Below, one piece after another: positions 13,223 through 27,601 of a stretch of DNA of 43,285 bases. Source of the DNA: Conidiobolus incongruus B7586 (Eukaryota); assembly GCA_000697335.1 (NCBI GenBank), contig JNEM01009845.1:1-43285 (forward strand). Direction: 5' to 3'. The notes beneath the pieces are model-generated. The model did not search any database, was not told the DNA's origin, and saw nothing but the letters and a program-made list of their open reading frames with translations. The position numbers and the translations under genes are program-made. Numbering within the stretch: the first letter of the stretch is position 1; each line of letters opens with the position of its first letter.

Positions 13223-16200
13223 TTGAGTTAATTAAATTGATTTTTATATAAGAACTATTGATTAACTGAGTGAAAATATAATATATAGTTTAGTGTTTAA
13301 TAAATGAAATTTAATTATTAATGATGAAACTTAAGATGCACTCCCAGTCCTTGAGGTATTTATATCACTCTGATACAATATCAAAATGGATAAAAAGAAT
13401 ATTAGCAATGAAATTAAGTAGCATCATCAATTCACCAAGAACCAATCATTTCTCAATATCATTTAACTTCAATTCACCTTAGCAAATTTCTTGCCTCTTT
13501 AGGACGAGCAAATATTAAAAGAATTGATGTTGTGAAAATTCAATGGAGGATGATTGGATTATATCAATCAATTATATTATAAGCGTTTGTAACGAAAATG
13601 ATGCAATATTAAATACGTGACATATGGAATTTTATATGAATTGAAATATATATTCATCGGATTATTTACTTGATCATAAGGATATTTGAACCCTTATTCA
13701 ACTTTAAAATTTTAATTTATAAAAATCCAAATTAACCATTTCATGTATTTAAAATTTTTGATCTGATTATACCCAAAGCTCAATAAAAGGTACAATTTCA
13801 AATATTATTCTGTATAATCAGGTTGATTTATGAGAATTTATATTTCTTTAAATTGATATAGATATCAACTTTCTTCACAATAAGACAAATAACTATATAC
13901 AAAGTTATTAACATTACTATTTGAGAACTATTAAAGCATCATACTTTATTATTCAAATCTATTTAAATTTATTTAAAATAAAGATATTATATGGAATAAA
14001 AATTTATAAAGTCATAATTAGCTTAATAAAATTTAATATCATTGAATTTTTTTGCATCATCAAAATTCATACCGGGATTGGTATTATTTTTTATTTAATA
14101 TATTCACTAACAAAGAGACTAAATACATTAAACAATATATATATTCATAAGTGCTACCACAAACATACTTAGCTCATAACCAAAATGAGCCATATTATAA
14201 ATATCAACTATTGATGCGATTACTATGCTTAATTTATTTTCATCCTTTGTTTAAATATGAAATACATTTACTAGTTTGTTTTTGAAAAAAAATGCAAGAA
14301 AATTAATATTTAAATATTTCTTCCAAAAATCAATATAAATTATAACATCCAAATTTTAATAATTCACCAGCCATATAATTAGAAAATGGTTAATCATTCA
14401 ATTGGATGTGATTAATTAGATTATAAAAATTACTTAATAATTTTATACTGAATATTTTCTGATTATTTTTATTTCTCATCCATTTTTTTCAGCCACAATT
14501 TCATAATAACTTTTTTTACAATACCCTTCTCAGAAATAGCGTATTCTTTACAAAATTAGACCATTGTTTGACACATTCTGAAAAAATCTTTTTCATATCA
14601 TTAATATATTTTTGGATTATGATAATCAACTACTGAAATATTAGCAATAAAAATCCAATTATAACTTTCAACTTTTAATAAAATCTTCGAATCTATAAGT
14701 CAATCATCATACTAAATTTATTTGGCTTCTAACTATTAAATATTAGTGAAATCACTATTTTAATTATCAGTATATTGTACAAATTGCATAATACGATGTA
14801 CCTAAAAATTGTTTTTAATAAAATACTATTGATTATTTATCAATCTTATTATTTTACTTAATAGTGATCATTCTTCATATTTAAAAATTAAAATTTTACT
14901 TTCTATACACATTGCAAATTAGATATTATTTAATTGAATTATTATTCATTAACTGAACACTTATTTTTTAAATAACTTATAAATATGAAAAAATATTTAA
15001 TCAAATTAATGATTCAAAATTTAATGTTTAATTTGATTAAAATATATTATTAATATGATTAATCATTAAGTGAAATATACTCTATATTCAACATTGTAAT
15101 TGAAAATGATATATGTACATCATTTTTAATATATTAACTATTTGTATAATTTCAATATTGTCATCAGATTAAAAGATAAATATAATATATTTTTACTCAT
15201 GAAAGCTATTTTTTGTGATTGTCTACAATAGTAGAATTTAAAACAAAGTTTTTGAAGGCGAATATTTAAAATAAAGCACTATTTTGGAATCTGGTAAAAT
15301 ATTCATGTAGTATAATACATGATTATAAACAGTTTGAATTAACAAATAGTATCTGATACAGATATTAATCAATATGAATTATCTCGTAGTTATTAAATAA
15401 ACTATTTATTCATCTTATAATTAATCAATAAAATTAATTATAAAAGTGCAAAAGCGCATTTAGTTCATTAATCAAATTGGTATAATACAAATAAACCATG
15501 ATAAACTGGAATATTGAGATGTGTATTTGAACATAAAAACGATAGTACAATAGTAAATGTTCAATATAAATTATACCAATAACTTCCACATTTTATCTAT
15601 CCAAAATTTTAGTAAATTTAATAATAAAGTGTAAGAATATAGTAACAATAATTCATGAGATATATGAATCATAATTACCTTCAAAAGTATAATAGCTATA
15701 TTTGAAAAGGTCTATATATCAAGTCACTCAAAGTAAATGGCTTGAAATATTTTTTTCTTAATTATACGATGCATAAAATTATATAAATAATATAGAATAT
15801 ATAATGATAACATTTGATTATCAACAATTCAGACAATATATGGAACTATACACTAATCAATAATTATTTTATTTATTTCATGTAATTCAAATCATAATAT
15901 CTTTTTATCAACAACTTAATATTTATATAGCTATAAATTTTTATAGAATAAACTACTCATACTAATATTTTCTGAGCCACTACTAAACCCAAAATTTTAT
16001 TATTTTCGTTATTAAAATCCAAATTCAAGCAATATTTATTTGAACTGTCTTATTTTAACTAAAATCATTTTCATAATCTTTACCTTTAAACCAAAATAAT
16101 AATATAAAAAAGAGTGATCATCAATAAAGTGGACTAGTATCAAATAATATATGGTATATTTATTAAAATTAGCTACTTTGTAAATTGTAGAACAAATAAA

Positions 16201-16569
16201 GGGTACATTCATAATGAAATCATTGGTGTAGCATATAAATGAGTGAGGTGGGAATATAATTTAGCATGTAATTAAAGGCACTGTATATACATTTATAAGT
16301 ATATTTGACAGTTATTATGAGTTATGGTTAATTTATTATTAATAGATCTAATATTTTCAAAATATAAATAATTACTCTCACCTAATTAAAGATATATTCC
16401 TTATTATATTTCAAAAATTTTAAAATGTTTTAATGCTACTACTAATACCCCTATTCAATTATTTTATCATAATAATAAATATCAAACATTAGCTTTTTAC
16501 CATTTACCATGTGGATAAAAGTGAAGTTGAATAAAATTTTAAGTTGATTTAACATTATTGTTAGAAATG

Positions 16570-17420
16570 ATTCAAATTTAAATTTTTATGTAGAATATTA
16601 CAGAGAATATAGTCAGTTGTATATTAGTGTGAAAAATATTACAATTTTTTGTTTAAAATATACTGGAATATTTTTGTTGTGGATATTGAGATAGTTGCTA
16701 GCAATATTCCAATTACATAATATGATCCATTTGACCAACCTGAGCAACTTTCCATAAAATTTCTTTATGGTTTAAACATTGAAAACCTTCCTCTATTGTT
16801 TTATTTAAGAAATCATTTTGAAAGGTTAGTTGATGTATTTTTCAATATCGATCGTTCTACTAATGTATATTCAGTAAAATAAGATATATTCAAAATGCAT
16901 ATTCACTAGAATTTGTTATATTTAGTGAAGATGTTGACGATTTTTTAGTTAAAGACAAGGACATAGAAGATATACCTATTTATATCTTTTTATAGATGGC
17001 ATTCGATACTCCAAAGTAGGCAAAATTATGAAATCTAAGGGACCAAAGATATCAATGTGCTTAAGTGTAATATTACAGCATATAACCAATCAGTACAAAG
17101 AACCGGCGATAAATTTTATGAGCTTAAAAACTTCACTTTTGATAAGGATACTCCTATCAATAATGAAATTATTGGAAAAAGTCGCCAGTGTGGAGAAATT
17201 TGTGATACTCATATATATATATATATATTGTAAAAATTTAGTTTGTTTCGTTTTGTTTATACAATGTCCTAACTGTGAGAAAAAGTATCATAATACTTGT
17301 AGAAATCATTTATGTTTAACAGAGCCTGCATTGAAGAGAGAGAATAATAAGAAAACTTTACCTACCATTTATAATTATAGTGACAGAATACGTGAAAAGT
17401 CCAATCAAAATACAGCTAAG
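16570..17420 (+). pseudogene. Decayed TrhO/YceA-family rhodanese-domain gene with Cys-rich C-terminal domain
   Basis: Across frames: LRNHFES-KIRYIQNA (intron 16825-16874 retained), IDGIRYSK in place of CTGGIRCxK, KNFTFD, RQCGEICDTH, CKNLVCFVLFIQCPNCEKKYHNTC; three frameshifts (~16990, ~17041, ~17220) and an upstream in-frame stop. Confidence 0.8.
17211..17228. repeat. (AT)9 microsatellite inside the rhodanese pseudogene
   Basis: Read directly; coincides with a frameshift. Confidence 0.9.
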
Positions 17421-18022
17421 ATGAGTAATTCATCTTATAATTTTCAATTCTTATCTGGGATCTATATTGATTGTATCAAGTCAATTCATTATTTATTATT
17501 AATAAAAATTTAATGTATGATATTAATAACTGTTATTATTATAAAGTTGATTGAATATTTGATAAAACTTATTCAGTTAAAAAACTAATATATAAATAAA
17601 AATAATATATACAGGTTTATTAAATTGATTTATTGGATCAAATCAAACTTTATAAAATGTATATAATATCTTTATAATTGAATTGGTATTTACAAATTAA
17701 ACATTACAAATAATCACTTGAAATAAAATAATTATAGGTAATCCTTGTCTATGATATTCAATGAAACCAAGCATAAAAGAATATAACTCATAATAGTTAA
17801 TAATAAAAATATTAAGTGTTCATAGTCATTAAAAAAATATTGAAATAAGGACTATACAAAGATAGATTCACATTTTAATCACGAGTATTGAACAAATGTT
17901 AATATATATTTTATTAGAATAATATCAAATGAAAATGGATATTTTGAAAATATTAAAGGAAAAATTGATAATTAATATCAATTGAATATCAAAATAAAGA
18001 TAATTTTACTGAAAAATATAAT

Positions 18023-19527
18023 TTAAACAGCTGACATTTCAGGTTTGAATCCTTTACATTCTTTTTCAAAGTCAGTAATGATAAACTCATCAAATAACTT
18101 TTTCACTGTTTCTAGTTTACAAAAACTCTTGCCAGCCTCTGGATGATGGTTACCTTCTTTACCACATTCAGGAATATTGAGAATTTGATGGTTATACTTG
18201 ACTCTAACATAGTGGTCATTGGATTTCTCTTGATCTTTGAATAATTCAAGCATGAGCAATGATCCATAAGGAGGCCATCTATGGTCAAAGGCTTTCAAGC
18301 TGAGCAGGAAAGGTGCAATAGTAGTGTCATGGCCAGAATAGAAGGCAAGTTTAGGAGCTGGTTGAAGCTTGGTTTCATTCACTTTAGATTCAAATAGATG
18401 CTTGATCTCTTTAAAGAGGTTTCCTATCAAAAATCGATTCATTTGGGTAGTGTTATGATCTTCATAGCTGGTTTCCATCATATCAAACCAAAGTGCAACT
18501 TCTAATTTTTCCAATTCTCTCATATGTTTATCAGTGAGGCCCTGAGGTAAAGGAAGTTGATGAGAACGAGCAGAGATAAAGCTGTCAAATAACTGGTGAA
18601 TTGTAAGATAAGATTTGTACTCTTTTTGGTTAAGCATATCAGTGAGAGCAGGCACATTATTTGCAAGATCCTGTCTCAAAACTTCCCACTGCTCAGAGAT
18701 ACCACTTCTATGCTTGGCAGTGAAATGCTTGATCATCCTGTTTAGCTCATTACAGCGCCAGTTGGGAAACATACTTTCATCATCATGACTACGAGTTCGG
18801 ATGGTAAAATCAGGGGTATCTTTAGATCCCCAGTTAGGGAAAGTTCCCAAAAGAAGCTGTTGGAGAGACTGGAAAGTTCTATGATAGTCAGTGCTCCTTA
18901 AATACACATCTTGAGGCTTGAGATCAGACAAGTTATTGGGCAAGAACTTAAGGTAGTCGCCATAAATTTTGCGCAGAGCTTGGCCATTGCGAAACATGGT
19001 CTCATAACCAACATCAGTTAAATGACCATACCCACTATATTTCAGATAAATTAGTTTATCACATAATTGATAATTATTGAGAGTTAATACCAAGTCCCTT
19101 GAAAAATTTGAGGAATTTGATAAATTTGAACTTCTCCTGTTTTAGTAGGAACAAGGTGTTCATAGGATTTTTTAAAAGCGATTTGCACTTGATTATCTGT
19201 ATTTTGAGAATAGACGTATCTTTGCTTTGGATCAAACCGAGAAACATAAGATAGCTGCTGCTGAGTCTTGAAACAAAAATTCCAACTGAGAGGTAGTAAA
19301 GAAGGGAAGCGAGGTTTCAAAGGCGTTCTATCACCTAATTAGCAGTAAGTATTATAATAGATATTGTTTGAGTAGTGTATACCATGACGATTGATGACGA
19401 TTAACTGCTCTAATTTTAAATTTTTAGGATATAAATAATCAAGAATCTTGGGATCAGTAGAAGGTGGAATTGCTCTTATTTGCAAATTATCATCATGATT
19501 ATTTAATGAAGTATTACTCTCAGTCAT
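18023..19527 (-). CDS. Histidine acid phosphatase (ACP6/lysosomal acid phosphatase-like), 3 exons
   Basis: RHG-DRTP motif formed across intron 19382-19335; second intron 19090-19035 gives CGYGHLTDVG; RSTDYHRT; SGHDTT. Confidence 0.9.
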
Positions 19528-19657
19528 TTTATCAATGATATCAATGATTAGAAATATTAAGTATTAATGAAGTAGTATATAATTTATATTATTAATTATT
19601 AATTAATAATCAATCATAGATATTATTATAAATCTAAAATTAAATTATCAGCAAAAG

Positions 19658-19676
19658 TGACGTAAGTTTATGGGAA
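19658..19676 (-). promoter_or_regulatory. TTCCCATA motif (19669-19676) next to a CRE-like TGACGTAA (19658-19665)
   Basis: About 130-150 nt upstream of ATG 19527; TCCCA on the sense strand. Confidence 0.5.
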
Positions 19677-20392
19677 TTTTACCATATTTAACATTCCTTA
19701 TTCTACAAAAATATTGTTGTATCGCTTTTAGCTAATATGCACTAATCATTTATTATACAAATGTGATGACAAGACCAAATGAATAATCATTCGGAACTAT
19801 AAATGACTACAATTTACATCAGCTACTGAATTGGTATAATATTTTGTTCAATATTCAAATATTAATTTTAAACAACACTAGCAATCAATATTATTTAATC
19901 AAAGGTATAGTTTCTTTTCTGTCTGATATATAAAATGAGCTATTTCTTTTGACATAATAATAAATAAATCTAAACAATTTAATTATGTTGATTTAATAAT
20001 AATATTTAAATTATTTTAAATATTAAAAATGCATCAACTTATTAAGATTTGTTAAAATTTTCTTTGATTTAATTATTTTTTTAATTAATATCATTTATTT
20101 TCAATGATATTTTTTTAAGATATTTCTAATAATTAATACAAAATATAAAAACATACCGAATATCAAAATTTTTTTATTTAATGATTCAATTTTAATCAAT
20201 ATTAAATAAATGTTTTAGTCAATTATTTAAAAATTAATGGAAAAAAATTATAAATGTAATCAGATGTTTAAAAGAGAATATTCAAGGTTAATATACTAAA
20301 TAAATTATTCACTGTTATTCAATCATATAATACATAATTTTAAAAGTGAGCGATAATCAAATATCAATATAATAAATATTGATGTTATAGAT

Positions 20393-21371
20393 TTATTTAA
20401 TGAATAGCCACATAGGTCTATCAAAAGCTAAACAAAACATGATTAATGACCATTAGATAATATAAAAAGATTGAAAACTTACCCAAATTTTCTTTTGATT
20501 TTATGGTATTATCATTTAAATTGATACACTCTTGAAATCCTACTTCATTCATTAGGAAATCTTTAAAATGCTCAGGTAAAAATTGTAATTTAGAATAATT
20601 TTCAAATATCTCTGGAGTCAATGCTTTTCTCTTGGCATAGGAGGCCCAGGGCTGAGGCTCTAAAATAAATCGACCGTTGGGTGCTAACCAGTGGTATATT
20701 TCATAGAAGAATTGCTTGAGACCATCATCTCCATGATGGAGATGAATCCATTTAGTGATACTTAGAGCAAGTATTGTATCGAATTGACCCTTTGAAAATG
20801 AGTGAGTCATTATGTCACATTGAACAAATTTGATATTATGAGGAAATTGATTTGATTGGGAATTATGTGGTGGTAATGGAATGTAGCCATAGAGTTGTGG
20901 CATTGATATAGGGAAGTAATCATCATGAATATCCTGAGGCATCTCTGAACCATTTAATTGACTGAGATTGAGTGTTGACCATTTGAAATTCATATGAGAT
21001 ATTGCTTTAGAGATTAGGCTATCATCAATATCGACACCCGTTATCAATTTTGGAGTAAAATGGTAGGCTATTTCAGTTGTCAAATGCCCACTATTACATC
21101 CAATATCTAGTACCTTTAAATTATCAAACCATAGCCTGTTAAAATAGTCCAATCTTCTATCTTTGCTGTTATCATTATATCGCTTGGTATAATAAGAAGG
21201 ATAATTGCCATAAATATATACATTATCTGTTTCAGATTTTGTTGGCTTGATAGATTGTTTCCATTTTTTAAAATTAAATCTATTATTTAATACTTTTAAT
21301 TTTTTAGGTTTACTATGAATCTCATTTAAATGACTTAGATACGGATTATCAGATGACATGATTTTAAACAT
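20393..21371 (-). CDS. Bin3/MePCE-family RNA methylphosphate capping methyltransferase (Bmc1-like), 2 exons; start may be ATG 21359
   Basis: YGNYPSYY, VLDIGCNSG, GVDIDDSLI, LSITKWIHLHHGDDGL, LEPQPWASY; intron 20482-20428 yields C-terminal FDRPMWLFIK*. Confidence 0.92.
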
Positions 21372-21426
21372 TTTGAAATCCTGATAGATGGATTGAATTT
21401 AAAATTTTGATATACAATTTAAAAAA

Positions 21427-21434
21427 TATGGGAT
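21427..21434 (-). promoter_or_regulatory. TCCCA promoter motif (ATCCCATA)
   Basis: About 60-75 nt upstream of the Bin3 start, sense orientation. Confidence 0.55.
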
Positions 21435-21883
21435 TGTATGATTGTCATCTCTATATTAGGCTAAATTCAGATACACCTACCATGTTTTAAAGTAGTTTGT
21501 ATTCATTTTTGTGCAAATAACTTTTTATAGATATAATATAAATTAGTTCAATTAGTATTTCATCTGAATTGATAAAGTTCGTTGCTATATAGTAAAAGTA
21601 ATATTAGGTTCATTTGAGCGTTTGTCATACATACGCATTTAGAACTAATGTCATATAAATTTACTAACAAAAGTTGATCACCATTTTCAATAAAAATTAC
21701 CTCAATAGCCACAATGATAGCATTAATATCAAGAATATCCAGGAAATGATATTTATCATTTAATTATTTAGTCAATAGAAATGACCCGAATTTCCTATCC
21801 ACACTCTATTGCCAGATCACAAAAACTCTTAAGTCCGAATATAATTCTCTTTAAATAGACAATTTAACCTGATTAATTTATCC

Positions 21884-21891
21884 ATCCCAAA
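21884..21891 (+). promoter_or_regulatory. TCCCA promoter motif variant (ATCCCAAA)
   Basis: 97 nt upstream of ATG 21981, sense orientation. Confidence 0.45.
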
Positions 21892-21980
21892 ATTATTCAA
21901 ATCCATAATTAAATATAAATAGTTAACATTGAAAATTTCAAAGTATAAAATTTAATATAATTTAAAAATTAAGCATTACA

Positions 21981-23045
21981 ATGACTTCAGATAATAATCT
22001 ACCCATTAAAATTACCCACTGTATCTTTGATATGGATGGCTTATTAATTGTAATAATATTTTAATTATTTAGTATATCATTAATAATAATGAAATGATAT
22101 AGGATACAGAACGTATTTATACTGAAGTGACCAGTAAATTTGAATACTTGAATTATCTTAAAGAATATAACTTAACTAATTATAGATGAAATTTTATCTG
22201 AATATGGTCATCAATTCAACTGGGAAGTTAAATCTCAAATGATGGGTAGAACTACCAGAGACGTAAATGATATCATATTATTATTCAACATCTTGATAAT
22301 TAATATTAATATTACAGGCTGCTGAAGTCCTTATTAAAGCCTATAACCTACCTATAACTCCCGAAGAATATATGAGAGTTAGTAAAATTAAGCAAGTAAG
22401 TGTCATTTTATGATTTAATATTTTCGTATTAATATTATATAGGCTGAGAAATTCCCTGAATGTAGACCATTGCCCGGTGTCATGGTACATTAATTAATAT
22501 ATCATGAATTACATTTCATATCAACTTTAATTTATTAGAAACTAATCAAACATCTGAAAGCTCATAACATCCCAATTGGTGTATGTAACTACTTATAATT
22601 CAATCAATACAAAATATTAATACAATTATAGGTTGGTACCAGTTCCAATACTATTTCCTTTAATTTAAAAACCCAAAACAATCAAGAGCTATTCAAGCTC
22701 TTTGATTTCATCATCACTGGTGATAATGAAAGAGTAAAACATGGAAAACCCAGTCCTGATATCTTCCTTGAAGTAGCTAAGGATTTGGGTAATCCTAACC
22801 CTGAAAATTGTCTTGTATTTGAAGATGCTATCTCAGGTGTTCAAGCTGCTTTGAATGCCAAGATGCATGTAAGTTAGACAATATGTCGTTCTATTATCGT
22901 AGTTGTTAATGTAGTATATTAGGTTATCTGGATCCCCGATCCTAATTTGAAATCAATGGTTGATGTGGAAGCTCAAGGTGCCACTGAAGTGATTGACTCT
23001 ATGGAAGATTTTGATCCTGCTAAATATGGTTTACCTCCTTATTAG
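21981..23045 (+). CDS. HAD-superfamily hydrolase, pseudouridine-5'-phosphatase (PUDP/HDHD1/GS1)-like; 8 exons, absent from the ORF track
   Basis: Spliced: THCIFDMDGLLI-DTERIYTEVT...MMGR...PLPGVM-KLIKHLKAHNIPIG-VGTSS...GKPSPDIFL...CLVFEDAISGVQAA...FDPAKYGLPPY*; seven GT-AG introns starting 22050-22102. Confidence 0.92.
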
Positions 23046-24199
23046 ATTTTTATCATAATCATAAATTTAATTTAATAATTGAATATTGGTTATTTATTTT
23101 TTTATCAATATTTTTAAATATTTTTTAAATTCAAACTTCGCCATTGTAGCATTTAAATTACTACAAGTTGAGTGTGTGAAGTATATTTTGATCTAAGAAT
23201 AACTTCATTAGAAATTTGAAAAATATATATTTGTAAATTCAGAAAACCTTATTATAAAAATTATTATTTAAAGATATAAAACATTAACCATTTATTTAAT
23301 ATGATCATCATAATATATATAATATTATTTTTCAAACCATATTTGATAATTTTTTTCAATCATATTTTAATGATTTAATTAAAATTTAACATTTTGATAT
23401 TACAAATTAACGATAAGATAAAAAAGTTAAAAAAAATAATATTACAAAAATAATATATAGTAGAAGAGATGATAACAGCACAATATCTTAATAGTCATTT
23501 AATTGCAATTTTATTCTAGTATCATACAAATCACAGTTATTTGTATATAATCATAACATTGAATATATTTAATTGATTAAAAATTGAATAATTCTGAATC
23601 ATTTGGTTAAATTTTCCATTATGTATTTATAATTCACCAGGTGATTCATTAGAATAAATTTGATAATGTATATAAATACAAATATTTAAGTATATATACA
23701 TATAAATATTATCGTACTAGTAATAATCATTATTGCTTAGACGAATAGAATTAAGACTAATAATTGAAATTTCAGGATGAATAGATGAAAACATCAATTA
23801 AATGATGATTTAAATTTTACAGAATATTTAAATCTATGATATTTAGTGATTAATTTGAAATTATCAATAGTGAGTTGATTAATATAATTTAATTATATTA
23901 AGCTTGGAATGCTCTCAGACAAAAATAATATATCTAAATATACCATTTAAAATTTGCTGTTTGATTTAGATTCATTCATTTAAATTCAGTTTAAAATATT
24001 AAGTTATAAGGATATGCTGTAAGTATATTTCCAAAACTATATTTTGTGATAAAATCATATAATTTCAGTTGTTTGTTTTTCACCTATGGTCCTAGTTTTG
24101 TATTTAATTAAGATTAAAAGTGAAAAATATGTAAAGGATATGAAAAATCTTACAACTGAATTAATAGCTAAGTTGTTCATTTCACAAAAATAATCCAAG

Positions 24200-25060
24200 C
24201 CAGATTTTAAGTCAGAAATAAGTTAATTATGGAGTTGACTCAAGTAAAAAGAAGAGAGCAATTATTAGTAATAAATAGTAAAATTAGTTTAGATGATAAA
24301 TTAAATTTTCAAAACTAGAGCTTAAATGATAATGAAATTGACTCGCTTTCTAATTAGTATAAAAGGAATTAAAATAAACATTTGATGCCAAAGACAGCAA
24401 GAATATTTTAGCAATTCCTGAATTTTTTTTGGATATAAGCTAATAGATTTTTCATCTAATTGGGTTGCCATATGCTTACCTTAGAGAGTCAGGTGGCTAT
24501 GTGACTAGTTCCGAAGGAATCACACTAAGTCGGGCTCAAGAGGGCAAGTTTCTAAGCCAATTTCAATATCTTGCTAGGTAGATCCAAGTTATATCATTGG
24601 GAATATCAAAAACCGGCATTATACATTTTAGACTGCATTTTGATCAATTCACAATTATACATTGAATTGTTAATGTAAAGTGCTTCAATAGCCACCATAT
24701 AACAAACTGTTAAACTGAATTTCCTCATTTTTGGACCATATTCAAAATTTCTGATTTGCATCTAATATACAAGGATAAACTCAGAATTAGATCGGATCTC
24801 ACAAATTCAGCATCAGATTATATTTCCCCAGAGCACTGATCCCAAACTCAGATACTATTTTTCTATGCTTCCCATCTTTGATTGCATCCAAAGCAATTTA
24901 TTTCAGCTTTGTGCTACCATTAAACAATATAAATTTCACTACTCTATTCAGGGATTATTTACAAAAAATCATTATATCCCAGAGGCAATTGCCTTCTTTA
25001 TTTGACAATGAACCAATTCACACAGGAGTGGATTCAAGCTTTATATTCTTGATTTAGCAA
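24200..25060. other. GC-elevated island with broken coding-like frames, identity unknown
   Basis: Visibly higher GC than flanks; about 80-codon stop-free stretch on + near 24765-25004; no recognisable motif. Confidence 0.25.
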
Positions 25061-25099
25061 TAAATACTTTAATTTAAAAAGTCAATTTATTTATCTTTT

Positions 25100-26800
25100 C
25101 AAAATATTAAATAAATTTAATAAATTTGACAAATATACCATTACCATTGCAATTTAACTATTTTACTTTAGAATATATATATTTATGTTTATTAGTAATC
25201 CTTGTTTAATTATTAAGCTATCTTAATAAATTAATTTATAAAAAACATTTCAATATCAGTACAAAAATTAAATAATAATAAATTTTAAAATAAAATTAAA
25301 AATAATACCTAAGATATATATATATATATATAATAAATAATATAAAATTAATATCCTTTTTATATTTGATAACTTTTCACCATATTTCTGGCAAGTTACT
25401 AGCACTTAAAAAATAGTTTTTTTTATCAAAAACCTAAATTTAATTATTTGTGATTTAGTTAAAATTTTTTCTATCTATTTTTTCTTATAAGTTAATTTTT
25501 CAATTAAATAAAAAAATGGATATATTAAGTATACAAGTGTTTTAATATATTTAAATAAAAATAATTTATAATTTTAACTTTATATATTTTGTCATTATTA
25601 TATGAATTAATGAGTATTTTTAATTTATAATAAAAATAGTAATCAAAAATTATTTTATTATCAAAAATTCTAAAACTAATTAATAATAAATTTATTTTTA
25701 AAAACTAAATATAAAATTATAAATATTAAGATTTATTTTAATAATTTTATTTTAATAAATAAATAAATAAATAAATATTTTATTTTAAAATAAAAAAGAT
25801 TATTTTAACTTATTAAATATCTTATTTTATATTTAAATAAGAGATTATATAAAAGAATATAAATGTTTAATTTTTATAATGTAATATAATTTTTTATTTT
25901 TATTTTTAATATATTATATTTGATTATAATTTTTTGATTTTTTTAAGTTTAAGTTTAAAATATATGGTATTTATTTTACATTATTATTAATTAAACTAGG
26001 TTTAAACTTTGATTTATATTATAATTAAATAACTAGTATTGTAATACTTTGATATCCTTTTAATTCAAATAAAATGGTGTTTTTTAGTATTTTTTTCTAT
26101 TTTATTAATGATTATTAAAGTATTAACTAAATGATTTCTTATATATTTTGATAAAAATTAAAAAAAATTTCTATCTTTATAATAACTTACCTAGTAGTAT
26201 ATAGTTAGATAAAAGTTTAATTTTATAAGCTGTTTGTAAATTTTAAAAGGTTTTTGGTTAAGTTTTACTAATACTAAAATCAGAGATTTTTGATGATTAT
26301 TATTTAATTTTAAATAATTTAAATAATATTTTTAAAATTTAATTCTTTAAAGAACATTATACAACTATATATAGTTTGAGATATATATTTTTTATTTTCT
26401 TATATATTTCATATATAATATTTTTTGTATTAATAATATACTTGAAAAATCAGAAATTAAAAAATTTCCATTTTAAATTAATAGTTTTTTTATAATCAAT
26501 CAATAATTTGATAAGATACTCTTAAAAAATTCTTATCAAACAAGGTTTCAATAGTTATATTATATAGGAAACTATCTTATAAATAAAAAAACAAGTTCAT
26601 TTAGATTTGATTAGAATATATAATGTATAAATAATTTAATAATTTTATTTAATTAGAATATGTGATAGTTAATAATTATTAATAACTGAACCTAATTTGG
26701 TTAAAAGTTAATTAATATAGATTCAAATAAAATAATCAAAAAGTGATTACTTTTAATTGTCATAATTATTATTTTAAAATATAGTTTGACATTTCTTACC
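25100..26800. repeat. Extremely AT-rich low-complexity tract with (TA)n and (TAAA)n runs
   Basis: Very few G/C; (TA)n near 25315-25331, (TAAA)n near 25755-25776. Confidence 0.7.
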
Positions 26801-26820
26801 AATATGCATTTATTATTTAT

Positions 26821-27601
26821 TCAAATGGATTTTTTAAACTTTTTAATTAACAAATTGATGTCATGATTCAATTCGTCAGCATTATCATTGGGTAAGAGTG
26901 TTCTTAACTGTTCTTTCAACTGATTCCAGAATTCTTCAGTTTTTAATTTTTCAACTGTAAATTCACTCAACTTGTTAGAGGAACTCTGAGTGTTTGGTGC
27001 TTCTTTAACAGTGGTTGGACTAGTAGGAGCTTGAGAGGCTGGGTCAGAAGTGGATGAAACAGCGCCAGCTTTCTTCAATAGGTGAATAACACTACCTGAT
27101 GTGATATTGTAATCTTGAATGGTCTTACTATCCATAAGTGGCTTTCCTTTAAATACTAATCTTTGTTGGTCTATAGGTAATGACAACAAGTCTTGAATTT
27201 TAGACTTGACTTCGGAAATGGTGCTAGCCAGTTGGATATTGGGCAAAGTGTGAGGTTGATTAGAATTCAAATATTTAATTTGAATAGCAAAATTATCTAT
27301 ATTTTAATATTAATATTATGAATGAGTCAATATATAAAAATTAATACCATCTTCATTTTGATTTAAGCTATTTGATAAAATCAATTGAGTTTTAAAGTGA
27401 CTAGGTAACTATTATTACAAAAACTATTAAATATGATATATTATAATTAAGAATTAAACTTACAGGTTTACCAGTCTTCTTATAGAATCTGTTATTAGAT
27501 AGATTTTGCTGTACTTTTACGATATGAGAAGGATTAGGGTCTCTTTCATTAAAAATACTTAACCAATCTTGATAAAATTGTTCGTTCAAATTAGCTGACA
27601 T
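26821..27601 (-). CDS. GET5: Get5/Mdy2 (UBL4A-like) ubiquitin-like protein, 3 exons
   Basis: Introns 27463-27409 and 27347-27297; N-terminal EQFYQDWLSIF helix, UBL domain (QQRLVFKGKPLMDSKTIQDY), C-terminal EEFWNQLKEQL dimerisation-type motif. Confidence 0.75.

Noticed and set aside
13321..13373. ATGATGA...CTGA as a C/D snoRNA upstream of FOL1
   Set aside because: Only about 53 nt, no convincing terminal stem or recognisable guide
13386..13620. Possible gene relic divergent from FOL1
   Set aside because: Stop density looks like random AT-rich DNA and no motif was recognised
6708..14172. Ile/Asn/Lys-rich ORFs 6708-6905 and 13921-14172 (also 33087-33281 and 40764-40946)
   Set aside because: Composition typical of chance ORFs in AT-rich DNA
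17028..17513. 161-aa Cys-rich ORF as a novel zinc-finger gene
   Set aside because: It is a frameshift chimera of the rhodanese pseudogene
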